DNA of 63,711 nt, the filler included, from Phoronis australis (Eukaryota; Animalia; Phoronida), in the NCBI GenBank assembly GCA_002633005.1. It is 10 parts of 10 records of this genome, joined end to end, with 100 filler letters (N's around TTAATTAATTAA, not from the genome) between each part and the next. Parts side by side here need not be neighbours in the genome. Positions count along the whole stretch, not along the records: positions 50,724 to 52,788 come from NMRA01003864.1; positions 52,889 to 55,135 come from NMRA01003770.1; positions 55,236 to 59,144 come from NMRA01002079.1; positions 59,245 to 62,342 come from NMRA01001786.1; positions 62,443 to 63,711 come from NMRA01001538.1; 5 more parts are not named here. One strand, given 5' to 3'. Numbering within the stretch: position 1 is the stretch's first letter; the number at the start of each line of letters is the position of its first letter. Of this stretch, positions 51,737 to 63,711 are shown one piece after another. The notes beneath the pieces were generated by a model. The model did not search any database. It had not been told where the DNA came from and worked only from the letters and a program-made list of their open reading frames with translations. The position numbers were made by a program, and so were the translations under genes.

Positions 51737-53156
51737 CTGTAATGAATGGGGTCAACAGATTAGGCTGGACACAACCGACAGGCCAATGTGGACAGGACCA
51801 AGTGAACAGCGAGGACACATGGGCTAAACGACAACTGCACACTGAGAAATTCACCAAACGGTACTAGCCAACGATCCACTCTGTAAAAATGCGTATGAAA
51901 CCCTTAGACCACACTAGCGCTCCCTGGTGAACAGCCATCTGTTCCTCAATCTATTCAAGTGACAAGAGGGGCCTTCTCCAACAGCACCAATGAGTGTATA
52001 CTTTGTCACCCACGTGCATCTTTTGCATTAGTCAGGATTTTGAAGGTGTTGCGGCAACCCCTACCCACTATGTGGAACAGACCCACAAAACTATAGATGC
52101 ACATGATGTATGGGACCTGGAATGATGAACCCGAAGAGGAACACAAGACTCCAGGGCTTGTTGCTACGAAACTCCCCCCCTCCCGAGTCTCAACTTGGAC
52201 AAAATCAACCTGTCAATACTCACCACAGCACTTCACCGAAACTTAAATTAAAAACGTAAACGATAGGAAATCAAAAAATTTCAGAATATGTACAGAATTT
52301 TTTTTTGCATTGCCCACAGCATTTTCTCTGCCCTTACCTGTTTAATACTAGCACAAAAACAATGCAGGCGGCTTCAAAAACAAGATGCAGAGAAAGTTTT
52401 ATATGATAATCCGGCAGTGTAATCGCACACTTGTGTCTGTTAGCATTAATCCTGGCCAAATGGTGATTGGAAGACCCAAGCCTATCTCTAACCATTAGAT
52501 CTGATCAAGGCCAATCAGATTATGTCACAACATCAGTTATGGCTGACATCCAGACGTGACTGATCTCTTGTTTACGACCAGAGAAACAAAAATGTGACAT
52601 TTGAAGATGTCAAATAAACAAGACTTGCATAGGGTTCATGCCCATGTGAGCATCACAGCTAGTTTTGGTGTAAACAGTCAATTAGAATCACTTAGGAAGA
52701 TGGTGTTGTAACTAATAGGCCATGATGCAGTGTTTAGTCACCCATAATGACATCTGCAGAGACTGTCATCAGTGTCTGTAAACTGTGCNNNNNNNNNNNN
52801 NNNNNNNNNNNNNNNNNNNNNNNNNNNNNNNNTTAATTAATTAANNNNNNNNNNNNNNNNNNNNNNNNNNNNNNNNNNNNNNNNNNNNCAGGTTCAAGGC
52901 ATGGGTGCTTAACCAAACACTGGTGCTTAAACTGAGCCAGATCATGTCACCCTAGTAAACAATGACTAAATAAGAAACAAAATTTTATAAGCTCAGAAAA
53001 GTCAAGGTCTATAGAATGGTGTTCTTAGAAATTCTACAATATAGTATGCATTATTTAGACCAGGCATAACCACCAACTACATTTCTTGTTCGACAGTCTA
53101 CTATATACTTCTGGGAACACAGAAAGCAGGATTATTATGAACTACTGAATTACAAC

Positions 53157-54743
53157 ACAAGAGCAATGCGGAGGGTTGAATGCGCCCACGAATTCATCGC
53201 AAATGGTGTGATTTTAGGGTTGTTTCTTTGAATCATCAAAATTGCCACTAGATGGCGCAAAATATGTCCAATCCGTCTGCAAACCAAAAAATGTCGTCGT
53301 TTCTTTAAAAGAAAGCCATTTACCAAATTTCATTAAAATTCGTTGAGGAACTTCAGAGAAACAGAGGAAAACAAAAAAAAAATGAAATTGCCGCTAGGGG
53401 GCACACTCGTTGGATCCGTCTAAAAGTCGTCGTCTTCTCTTGTTAAATTCATATAAGTACACAGCCTAAATTTAATAAATATCCTGCAGAGGGCTAAGGA
53501 GATACAGGTATTGGGTGCAAAAAAAAACAAAACCGCAATTAGGAGGCACCACAGAAGTCGAAGTCATCGGAAAATCATCATCAATCGTCCCCTTCATAGA
53601 AACAACATACATGCCAACTTCCACAATCATCCTTAGAGTGGTTCGGTTGACAGAGGGACGGACGCCAGTCAGATCGGAGCGAAAGTCATCCTCGACTGTG
53701 GTCAACATCATATAAATATATAAACCTGTTAAATTTAGTAAAGATCCTGCAAACAGTTTAGGAGATACAGCCATGGGCGCAAAAAACAAAACTGCCACTT
53801 AGGCGGTGCCACAGTAGTCGAAGTAGTCAGAAAAACCATCGTCAGACATCCCCTTCATAGTAAGAAAATACATACCAATTTTCACAGTCATCGAATCCTT
53901 AAAAGGGTTTGGATCATAGAGGGCTGAACGTCAAGAAACAGACTCAAAAACAACAAAAATGGCTACTAGGTGGCGCAAACTATGAATCCATCCGAAAGCA
54001 CGAGGATAGCGTCATCTCACTAATAGATGTCTATGTGCCAAATTTTATGGAAATCCGTTGAGGACTTTTGAAGATACAGAGATAAACGTTAAAAAACTGC
54101 CACTAGGGGGCACACCAGTACACAGATCTGTCCGAAAGTCGTCGTCGTCCTTTGTCAACTTCATATTAATACATTTGCTAAATTTAATAAAGATCCTGTA
54201 GAACCTTTAGGAGATACAGGCATGGGCGCAAAAACAAACAAAACTGCCACTAGTAGGCACCACAGTAGTCGAAGTTGTCGGAAAATCATCGTCATCTGTC
54301 TTCCATCATAGTAAGAACATACATGCCAATTTTCACAATCATCCTTAAAGTGGTTTGGTTGTTAGAGGGGCGGACGCCACAAAAATGACTCGAAAACAGT
54401 AAAAATGGCCACTAGAAAGCGCAAAATGCCTCGAATCCATACGTAAACAAGAGGATAGCGTCAACTCATTATTTAATAGATGCCTATGTGCCAAATTTCA
54501 CAAAAATCGATTGAGGACCATTGAATATACAGAGGCAAACGCAAAAAACTGCAATTGCCATTAGGGGGCACAGTGGTCTTCAGGTCGGTTCGAAACTCGT
54601 CAACCCCATAGGAACACACTTGCCAAATTTCAATAAGATCCTGCAAGGGGTTTAGGAGATGCGGGCGCCCAGACACCCGGATGCCCAGACAGAGATGTCA
54701 GCAATTTGCAATCACATTATAAATATATGAGGGCACATAAAAA
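53157..54743 (+). mobile_element. Complete HINE-like element
   Basis: acaagagcaatgcggagggttgaatgcgcccac ... gagggcacataaaaa; subterminal inverted repeat atgcgccc/gggcacat; tandem core repeats. Confidence 0.75.
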
Positions 54744-55235
54744 GGGAATACTGAGGTGAACCAAGAGTAATTAGAAAACAATGTGGACCGACTTCCCCGA
54801 ATAAAGTAGCAAAGTTCAAATTAAACCAGATTCTTGAAGAAATCAATGATGATCTTTGATTCAGGTATTGAGAACGAAAAAATCCCAATGCGACATATCC
54901 TTCTCAAACACTAATCCCGGATCATTTTTTCCCGAAGGGATTAACTTTTTCGTGATTATTGCTAGGAAACGTAATGACACGCAGCTTAGTAGACTTTTTG
55001 TGCTGGGACCAAAGACCACCACTACTTTTGACATACAATACGTGAACATTGTGATTGGACTAATATGGCCATCTCATTTGCCCAACTTGAGTCCAGCAAC
55101 TTTAAACAAGAATATAATGCTTGTGGCATAATACANNNNNNNNNNNNNNNNNNNNNNNNNNNNNNNNNNNNNNNNNNNNTTAATTAATTAANNNNNNNNN
55201 NNNNNNNNNNNNNNNNNNNNNNNNNNNNNNNNNNN

Positions 55236-55379
55236 AGCGCCCATGTTCAGTTAACCGCCCACCCTGGATTTTTTTGAAGTTTCACGTTTAAGCGCCCATG
55301 TCTGGTTAACCGCCCACCCCCGATTTTTTGGGTTTGCCAATTTAACCGCCCAGGGCGTTAACCCGAACGTTTACGGTAT
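55236..55379 (+). mobile_element. Right end of Tc1/mariner-type MITE
   Basis: gggcgttaacccgaacgtttacggta, inverse of 13325 terminus. Confidence 0.6.
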
Positions 55380-56333
55380 ATTCCAAATTTTACAAAACTC
55401 TGTTGAGGACATTTGAATATACACAGGTAAACATAAAAAACTAAAATTGCTACCAGGGGGGGGGGACACTGGTGGTCAGATCCGTGTGAAAGTAGTCGTC
55501 GTTTGTTGTCAAAATCATATAAATACACTTGCTAAATTTAGTAAAGATCCTGGAAACTGTTTTGTAAAAATAGACACCAGGAGGTGCAAAATACCTCGAA
55601 TCCATCCAAAAACCAGATGATAGCGTCATCTCACCAATAGATGTCTCTTCCAAGTTTTATGAAAATATGATGAGGACCTTTAAAGATACAGACGTAAATG
55701 TAAACAAATAAAATTTCCACTAGGAGGCGCATCGGTAGTTCGATCCATGCGAAAGTTGTCGTCGTCTGTTGTCAACATCATATAAATACACATGCTAAAT
55801 TTAGTAAAAATCCTACAAATGGTTTAGGAGATATAGCCATGGGCACACAAAAAAACTGCCACTAGGAGGTGCCACAGTGATCAAAGTCGTCGGAAAATCA
55901 TCGTCAGCCATTCTCTTCATAGTAAGAACATACATGCCAATTTTCACAATCATCTTTAAAGCGGTTTGGTTGACAGAGTGGGTGACAAAAAAGGTGGCGC
56001 AAAATACCTCGAATCCATCCAAAAACAGGAGGACAGTGTCATCTCACCAATGGATGCCTATATTCCAACTTTTATGAAAATATGTTGAAGACCATTGAAG
56101 ATAAAAACTTAAGGTAAACATAAAAAACTAAAATTGCCACTAGGGGGCACACCGGTACTCGGAGAGGTCCAAAATTCGTAGTCATTCGTTGTCAGCTCCA
56201 TAGGAACACAATAGCCAAATCTCATCAAGATTCTTGAGGGGTTTAGGAGATACAGCTGCGGATGCCGGATGCCCGGACAGACAGAGATGACGGCAATAGG
56301 CGACCACATATAAATATGTGGGCACATAAAAAA
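55380..56333 (+). mobile_element. 3' part of HINE-like element
   Basis: Core repeats and terminal ccacatataaatatgtgggcacataaaaa hairpin. Confidence 0.72.
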
Positions 56334-56770
56334 CAATCATATTATGATGTAGCTTTAGGAAATAAAATGAAGACATTAAGTATTTGGAATGTCCAGTTAA
56401 AAGACAAGTGACTACAAGACGGATAAGGCTGCAAATAGCGCATTTTGGTTGGTGTACAAATTAACTTGTTGTCCACTTCTAATACAACTAATGATAAAAA
56501 TAAAAATCAATATAATGACACAAAAAAGAACAAAGATGACCATTGGTAATTATGAAGTTCAACTAACATGTCTGAGGGCAGTTATATCTTAAGATAATTA
56601 TTTTAACAAATTTTTGCAGTCCTTTTTACAATCTACACTAAGTGTTGGTCAAGATTGCAACTGAGATTGACATGCTAGTGCCTTAAAGTTTAAATTATTT
56701 CCAAGTTTTTGTGAGCAGCATTTTGACAGTCGTCACGTAAAGTGGTGTACAAACACTTAGTCAACAATAC

Positions 56771-56938
56771 CTGTAATTCAGCACTGGTGTATTTGAACTC
56801 TTCCATTTGGTTGATGTACTCTTGTTGGAGAGTACTACTATCTACTTTAATGGACTGGAGTACCTCCAGCCAGGCACTGGCCTCACCAGCGCCATCTGTT
56901 GATGATGATGTGGCACTAGTGCTGTGCAAGTCCAAGAG
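56771..56938 (-). CDS. Ufd2/UBE4-like gene, exon c
   Basis: tttcacag|LLDLHSTS...WLEVLQSIKVDSSTLQQEYINQMEEFKYTSAELQ|gtattg; 168 nt, phase 0-0, compatible with exon b. Confidence 0.7.
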
Positions 56939-57983
56939 CTGTGAAAAAATACATCATCATGCTTCCAACATTCTCAAGCAGTACAAACATTGAAAGGAAA
57001 AGCTGCAGTGCCAATCATAGATGGAGAGGAGCTTCATTTTTGCAACACATTCAAATGCACAATACAACTAGTATCAGGTCGAATTCTTCACCAACTTGAA
57101 ACTAGTGATAAATCAAGAAGCTACCATGGAACGTACTCTTTTAGTCCATAACAATGTGTAAAACTGTGAATGCTGAACTCGTCCCATTGAAAAACCTCTA
57201 AAATGTGTTCTAGGCAAGATGGAGGTTTGAATTATGGCATTGATAACCATGTGATATTATCTCCTGGGTTTTGGCAACACAAACTACAGACGCTCCGAGA
57301 AAGAATCGCTGGAAATTTCATTTCTGTTCAAATCCTACTAATAGTAAAAAACATTACCTCCCTTCAAATCAAGAAGTCTTTTATTGACTAAAAATTACTT
57401 TAAATTCCTCTGTGATCAGCTATCTCAATGTTTTTACACTTTTAATAACTTCACTTTTACCCTTCCCTCACCCTCTCCCTCAGTCCCCCCCTCTCCCTTA
57501 GTTCGTCTACCCCCTCCCTCTCTCCGTCATACATTTAAAGTCTTACCACCAACCAGTTCAGTGCTCACTACAGCCAAGGGAATAACACAAGTTGTGTACA
57601 AATAATGGGGTACTTAATCCTCATTCTAACAGCAACTTAACAATTGCCTCACAAAGTGATTGAATCTAAACATTAATAACTAACTGGCAAATCAAATGAT
57701 TCGGTACAACTTACTGCAGGATGACCAAAAAAGCAGATTCCATACCAAAATTAATTTAATAGTACATATTAAACACATATATTTTTTCAAATTCGGTAGA
57801 CGTAAACATCAGTCTATGGGAGGCGATTTTTCCACAAAGTTTTAATTTTATGAATCAGTTTGTATTGAATTTGCTTCTCGTTTAAGTGGATCTGTTTTTT
57901 GACTCACTATATTATGTGTGTGAAATCCACATTAAAGTTTTTATTTTCAAAGTTGCAATCAACATTCAAAATGTACGCCCTAC

Positions 57984-58200
57984 CTTGATTAGTAAACTCG
58001 ACCACTCTTCTCTCATGTCTTCATTCCCGAGACATTTTCTTTGGATCACCTCATAAGATTTATTCACAGTGTCTGGGTTGAAATCCGCATCTCTTGCCAT
58101 ACTATTTGTAAATGCACAATTCTGCTCACTCTCCTGCTTAGTGATTCTCAGTACAAGACAGATGATTGTAGAGAGCAACTCTTCCGGATTGAAGTTGTAT
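57984..58200 (-). CDS. Ufd2/UBE4-like gene, exon b
   Basis: tttaag|a YNFNPEELLSTIICLVLRI...AFTNSMARDADFNPDTVNKSYEVIQRK...LLIK|gtaggg; resembles UBE4 KY.F.P..LL..I...F..A.A.D region. Confidence 0.78.
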
Positions 58201-58598
58201 CTTAAATGTATCACAGGTGCCTTAGAAATCAAGATCAACTACTTAGAAGTATCTAACTGCTTCCATGCCTTCAAATGCATCAAACCTTGAAATTAATTGA
58301 TCAGAAGATAACACCAATGTAATGATGAGCAACTCCATCTAGTGCCTAGTGATGGAGCCACCCCATTTCCTGTCCAGTTGCTATCACTGCACAGATGAGC
58401 TGTCAACGCAACTTATTTAGCCTATGCTCAATCAAGAAATAACAAACTCATCGTCAGTTTCATCACTCCAAGACCTAAACCGCTTCTAATGTGAGTATTA
58501 AAGAAACAAGTTGATATCAACTTTAATGGCAACTGGTCAAAATCAGAATATTTCAAAAAAGTTGCCTCAAGACAAGTGCGAATGCTTATTCAACTTAC

Positions 58599-58666
58599 TT
58601 GGTCATATTCTTCACTTTAAATTCTGCATTTTTACGACCACATAGTGCTTCCAAGAAACCGAGGAT
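58599..58666 (-). CDS. Ufd2/UBE4-like gene, exon a
   Basis: tctccag|ILGFLEALCGRKNAEFKVKNMT(K)|gtaagt; resembles UBE4B L..LCGPK..DLKV.NPEK; phase 2 fits exon b. Confidence 0.78.
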
Positions 58667-61600
58667 CTGGAGAATTAAACAATTCATAGGCAATCAAATA
58701 CGTCCTTGCACTACGCCAAAAAACATAAATCCTAGCACGAGGGGGAGAGGCTGTCATCCAGACCCACAAATACGCCCCCACTTACTGTTCAGACAAATGT
58801 CCCTTTGATTACGAAAATGTCTACCACAAATAAGCATTGATACATTCTCACAGAGTCCGTAGATATGTTTTAAAGTGCACTTACACTCGCTTGTGCCATG
58901 CCTTGAAACTGCCCATCTAAGCAGTCACAAAATCTAGCTTTCACAAAAAATTGCTACCCATTCCAGGCTAGGCTGTGCAGAATCCATCGGGGTAATAAAA
59001 CAATATCTTCTCAGCCAGGACCATAAACCCTTTGTTAAGCTGTGCTTAGTTACACAGTCCAACTGGGACAGTAGTATGGCTAACAGCATTGTTCACACAA
59101 AGAACTGTATATCAATTTCAACAGTCCTATTGTGTGTGAACGATNNNNNNNNNNNNNNNNNNNNNNNNNNNNNNNNNNNNNNNNNNNNTTAATTAATTAA
59201 NNNNNNNNNNNNNNNNNNNNNNNNNNNNNNNNNNNNNNNNNNNNCAAAATCATTCACTTTCCCCTGTAAGGAAATTCAAGAAAAATTGCAAAATTCACAA
59301 TTTTTGAAATATGGGCGAAAAAAATTCTGTGGTTACCGCTGAGTTTCTAACCTCCCTCCCATTTATGATAAATGCGTGCATGCACTAAGTTACTTGCTTG
59401 ACGTCGCTTGAGGTCAAAGGTCATGTTTTCCATATAAGGGAAATGTGCTACGTCTATGACTTGCCATGCCAAATAAGAAGACTTGCTTTGTGTTGTTGAA
59501 GAAAAATTCAATCTGTTTATTCGGCTCCAGGCTTCTTTGACAAGCAAAAAATTGGAAAAACCACTTAAAAATACAACACCTTACCCTGGGACCTGTCACG
59601 AATGGCTGACAAGTCGTCAACGGCGGGGTTCCGATGGTCAATGTCGATCATTTCCTCGTCGCTAGTTATGTAACCTGGTGTTGCCCGTCCGTTCGCCCCA
59701 GTGGCACGATAATCCGTATTCATGGTGTCCTCATAATTCCCCAACAATGACTCCCATTCCATTCTTATACTTCATTATGAGATACAAAGCTAACTGTAAA
59801 TGGGAATAATGCAACACCCAAATTAATAAAACTCAAAAAACATGAATGTGAGTTAAATTGCCCTTTTAACTATTAGTGAACTTATCTGAAGTACACAGTT
59901 ATACTATCTTATATGTAAAAATTCTCCCATTTGAGCCAGTGGAAAATTGCTCTAGATCAGAGCTTGTACCACATTTTAGACATAGGCAATACTGACCGTT
60001 CCAAATTAAAAGATACCGAGAAAGCCGATTTTATATCAGACTTTGTAGTATCTCAAATTTGAGGAATAAGAAGAGTGCCAAAATTACCCAGCATGCACCA
60101 ATCTTTAGAAAGACAAGAAAATTTAAATTGGGTTTTAATTTCAGTTTCCCAAATTTAAGAGACTCCAAACTGGAGAACTTTTACTGTAGTCACATCATGT
60201 AACAGAAATAGTAGATGCAGACTTTGTTAGTAACTAAATCTATAAGCATGACACTACACCAATAGAGACAACATCAAACTCAACACAGATTTCATGTCAG
60301 AAATCAAGGAATGAATGACGACAGATTAAATTTTCCAGCAGACTAGGAAAACAATGAGGACGGAAAGCGTGACGTCACCGTACCGTGGTAATCCAGGAGA
60401 TTCCGCCATCTTGGTTCTAACTCTTGCCACTTTTCTAAGGGAAATTACATTGAATCCAAAGTTGTAACTGGAAAACCTGTTTTGAGTTTTGAGCATTCAA
60501 GAACTCAACACATTTATTTTAATGCCTGGTTGCCCAGATGTATTGTAAACAGTTTGGCAAAGGCTCCATGAAAGGTCAAAAAGAGCTGAATACGTCCTAA
60601 AACTTAGGGATCAATATTTGTAACTGAAGGAAGAGATTTTTTGGTTGAGGGTAATTTTTTCCATTGGAAGAGAATTTTTTGAGCTTGTAGGAATTTCACA
60701 TGATTTTTAAAATATTTTTCATAGAGAAATTCGGCCCTAAAGTCAAGGCATAGAGGGCCCAGGTCAATGATTCAGTAATGCGAATCAGAGATTGTCATCC
60801 AGTTGCAAGAAGTCTGCAAGAGTTATCAATTAAAACTGAGGTTTTGTTAACCAATCATGAGGATCCTTTTATCCTATAACAAAGGACAGTTCAAGATTTT
60901 GGTTCTGTTGAAGATATGGGATTTTAAGCTTGAACTGGAGCGACATGAAGAGCAGTTGGGTGTGACCAGTCTATACAAGCGAAGTCTTCTGTTGAACATC
61001 ATTCTATTAAAAGCGTGCTTACAGAAAAAGTTAGTTTACAGTCATACAACTGTTTGGCTACAGCTCAAAGGAGATGCACGGTAAAGGATGCGATTCAAAA
61101 CTTTGACTATCTTCCATCATGGACCCTCTGTTTGAGTTATCCTCTGATAGACAATCAACCTGACCACAAGATTCTACAATCAAATATTACATAATGTGAG
61201 GTTCAAGTTAGGTGTCATATCACTAACAGTAACTAAAATGGAAAGTCTCACACAGTGCCGGCTTATGATAAAGTTCTTCAGAAACTTACAGATCTGAAAC
61301 CAATCGGGAAATTTTCAAAGAAGTACAATAACAAAATTCTATAAATTGAAAAGAATTTCATAACACCAACACTTCATATAGTGTGCCAGAATGTTCAGAG
61401 TTCCAAATCACATTTTGCTACATAATTGACAGCTGATGATTTTGTATCTCAAATCAGTTAATTGGTGAGCAGTTAAGATGACTATTATGTCATATCACTA
61501 CGTGTGGCTTTTTGAAAGGTTCATACTGGTTATAAGAAGCAATACAGTTAGGGTCCACAGATCACAAACAACATCGAACAGTAAAAGGGACACCAAACCC

Positions 61601-61709
61601 TGTTTTAGCAACAATTTCAGTCAAAACTGGCCATGACAGGTGCAGGACAATTGCAAAATCAGAATCTCCCTGGTAGAATAAACAGTGGTTCATAATAAGA
61701 TAGCATCAC

Positions 61710-62062
61710 AATGTGGATCTTATGATTTGAGGTGCATGAGGATCTCATGATTTGAGGTGCATGTGGATCTCATGATATAAGGTGAACGTGGGTCTCATGA
61801 TTTGAGGTGAGGGTGGACCTAACAATTTGAGTTGAACGGTGATATCATAATTTGAGGTGAATGTGGATCTCATACAAGTGACATGAGGTGAATGTGGATC
61901 TTAGAATTTGAGGTGAATGTGGATATTTAGGTGTGGATCATTCGATCAGAGGTGAATTTGTATCTCATAGTTCGAGGTATTTATCTTTGAAGGTGGATCT
62001 TATGATCAAGGGTGAATGTGGATATAATTTGAGTTGAATGTGGATCTTATAATTTGAGGTGA
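61710..62062 (+). repeat. ~25-bp minisatellite (degenerate, >10 units)
   Basis: tgaggtgaatgtggatctcatgatt-like units. Confidence 0.9.
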
Positions 62063-62471
62063 CGTCTCTTTCCACATACACACGTGCCTATCAGCAGACT
62101 TGAGTATCCTTCAAGATTTTTCTAAACTTGAGCGAGTAGACGAAGATTAGTTTCTTAAGAAAAATAATTAAACGTATCATTGCTTAATAATTGTTTAAAA
62201 TTAGGCTAAAACAGGGTTAGTGTCCTTTTAACTCAACGTCCGATTTAACAGTGAGCAGACAACAACTAATAAGCATTAATTAGCGGTCTAGAGGTTAATT
62301 AAAATACTAAGCATACAACAATTGGATTTTGGACAAATAGTGNNNNNNNNNNNNNNNNNNNNNNNNNNNNNNNNNNNNNNNNNNNNTTAATTAATTAANN
62401 NNNNNNNNNNNNNNNNNNNNNNNNNNNNNNNNNNNNNNNNNNGTAAAAGAAATATGTCACATGGTCGGTCG

Positions 62472-62540
62472 TTTTATGCGCCCACATACTTATATGAGGC
62501 CGCATTACGCATCCCGTCTTCCCTGTCCGGTCCGTCACCA
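62472..62540 (-). mobile_element. HINE-like terminal fragment
   Basis: ttttatgcgcccacatacttatatgaggccgcat...ctgtccggtccgtc. Confidence 0.55.
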
Positions 62541-62811
62541 AAAACCTAGTGATTTACGTTCATGAGGCGATGACACCTTTTCGTTTTCAGATGGATTTCA
62601 CATAGTGTACGCATCCCAGTGGCCGTTTTTTATGGTTTTTGAGTATAGTTTTTGGCAACTGTCCTCTATCGCCCAAAGCACTGACTCTGAGAGTAGTTAG
62701 GTCTATGTAAATTGATATGTGCGTGCCTACTGAAAATGGAGTGGCTGACAATATTTTGTACAGTTTCAACTACTGAGGCGCCTCTACGGGCAGTTTTGCT
62801 GTGTTTTTTCC

Positions 62812-63048
62812 ACTCGGGTGAAAATAATTTCCACCTAGATTGAAATAGTTTCCACCCGGGTGAAAATAGTTTCCACCCAGGTGATAATAGTTTCCACCCA
62901 GGTGAAAATAGTTTCCACCCTGGTGAAAACAGTTTGCAACCAGGTGAAAATAGTTTCCACCTAGGTTGAATTATTTCCACCTAGGTGGAAAATGAAAAAT
63001 GAAAAAATATTTAAACAAAAGTAGCGATGATACTTTCGGGCCACCGTA
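62812..63048. repeat. 21-bp tandem repeat with internal dyad, near a probable MITE end (cgggccaccgta)
   Basis: ggtgaaaatagtttccaccca x~8. Confidence 0.85.
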
Positions 63049-63711
63049 AAATACATACAATGTAGGGAGAAATAAAATATTTAGTACAATCACCTTCAAC
63101 AGCGTGGAAATTTAATTATTACCTATCAGAGGTTAAAGGTTACAGGGCTGTCACTCGAATCGAATCTCCCGGCGCACAGAACAATTCCGTATGTACCCTC
63201 AGTCTTTTCATTCATCGAGTCGCCAAAATACCGAGTCAACGAGGTGTGCATAACATATAAGGATGCCGCGGAAAACGAAGATATCACGTGGTTTTTATCC
63301 TGCGAGTCTGAATGCACACGACCGTTGAGAACGAATGCACATGTGCTAATGTTTTATTTGTTTGTGAACCTTATCGACTTTATTTAGTTGTTGTTGTTAG
63401 TATGTAATGCAGCGAGTAGTCCGAGCCGCTGCACCGCCTCTGTGATTTTGTGTTCACTGACGCGGCAGCAAGTTCTTAAAAAGATAAATCCTCAGTCACC
63501 GAGATTCATTAAAGATGCTATATTTTATTAAGTTGTGAATATGCAAATGAAGTACTAGTTTGCAAACAACCCCGAGTCTTCCGATGTGCCGGAAACAATC
63601 CGAGTACCAGTTACTATTACAATCTCGTGAAAGTCTCATTTTGTGAGACTATTTTTATGTAAATGAGCAGTGGCGGATTTAGGTGGGGGGCAAGAGGGCT
63701 ATGCCCCCCCC

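Noticed and set aside
62666-62980. Repetitive ORF (WKLFSPG)n
   Set aside because: Translation of the 21-bp tandem repeat; no other coding evidence.

Overview
Repeat-dense animal genomic DNA, most likely a marine invertebrate (spliceosomal introns, CTCF-like motifs, THAP/Kolobok/Gmr1 elements); species cannot be determined. It is a draft scaffold with nine artificial 100-bp N44-TTAATTAATTAA-N44 linkers and two plain gaps, so contiguity across linkers is unproven. Main content: (1) two structurally complete but decayed Ty3/gypsy LTR retrotransposons inserted only 11 bp apart (between TSDs) in one copy of a Helentron-type (HINE) repeat. The first is a Gmr1-type element with PR-IN-RT-RH order and SCAN-like gag (24241-30268). 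The second is a gypsy element whose integrase core is replaced by two C2H2-like zinc fingers (30285-36394). (2) The last two exons of a folate-receptor-family gene (+, 42220-42955). (3) At least three exons of a Ufd2/UBE4-like gene (-, 56771-58666) that lacks the U-box where expected. (4) A spliced pseudogene of unknown family (6640-9507). (5) Many TE relics: Kolobok/THAP, hAT, Penelope GIY-YIG, LINE 3' ends, ISL2EU-like and CAC..GTG non-autonomous elements, MITEs, HINEs carrying arrays of CTCF-like motifs, and minisatellites. No rRNA, intact tRNA or CRISPR. All family assignments rest on motif recognition by eye, not database searches.
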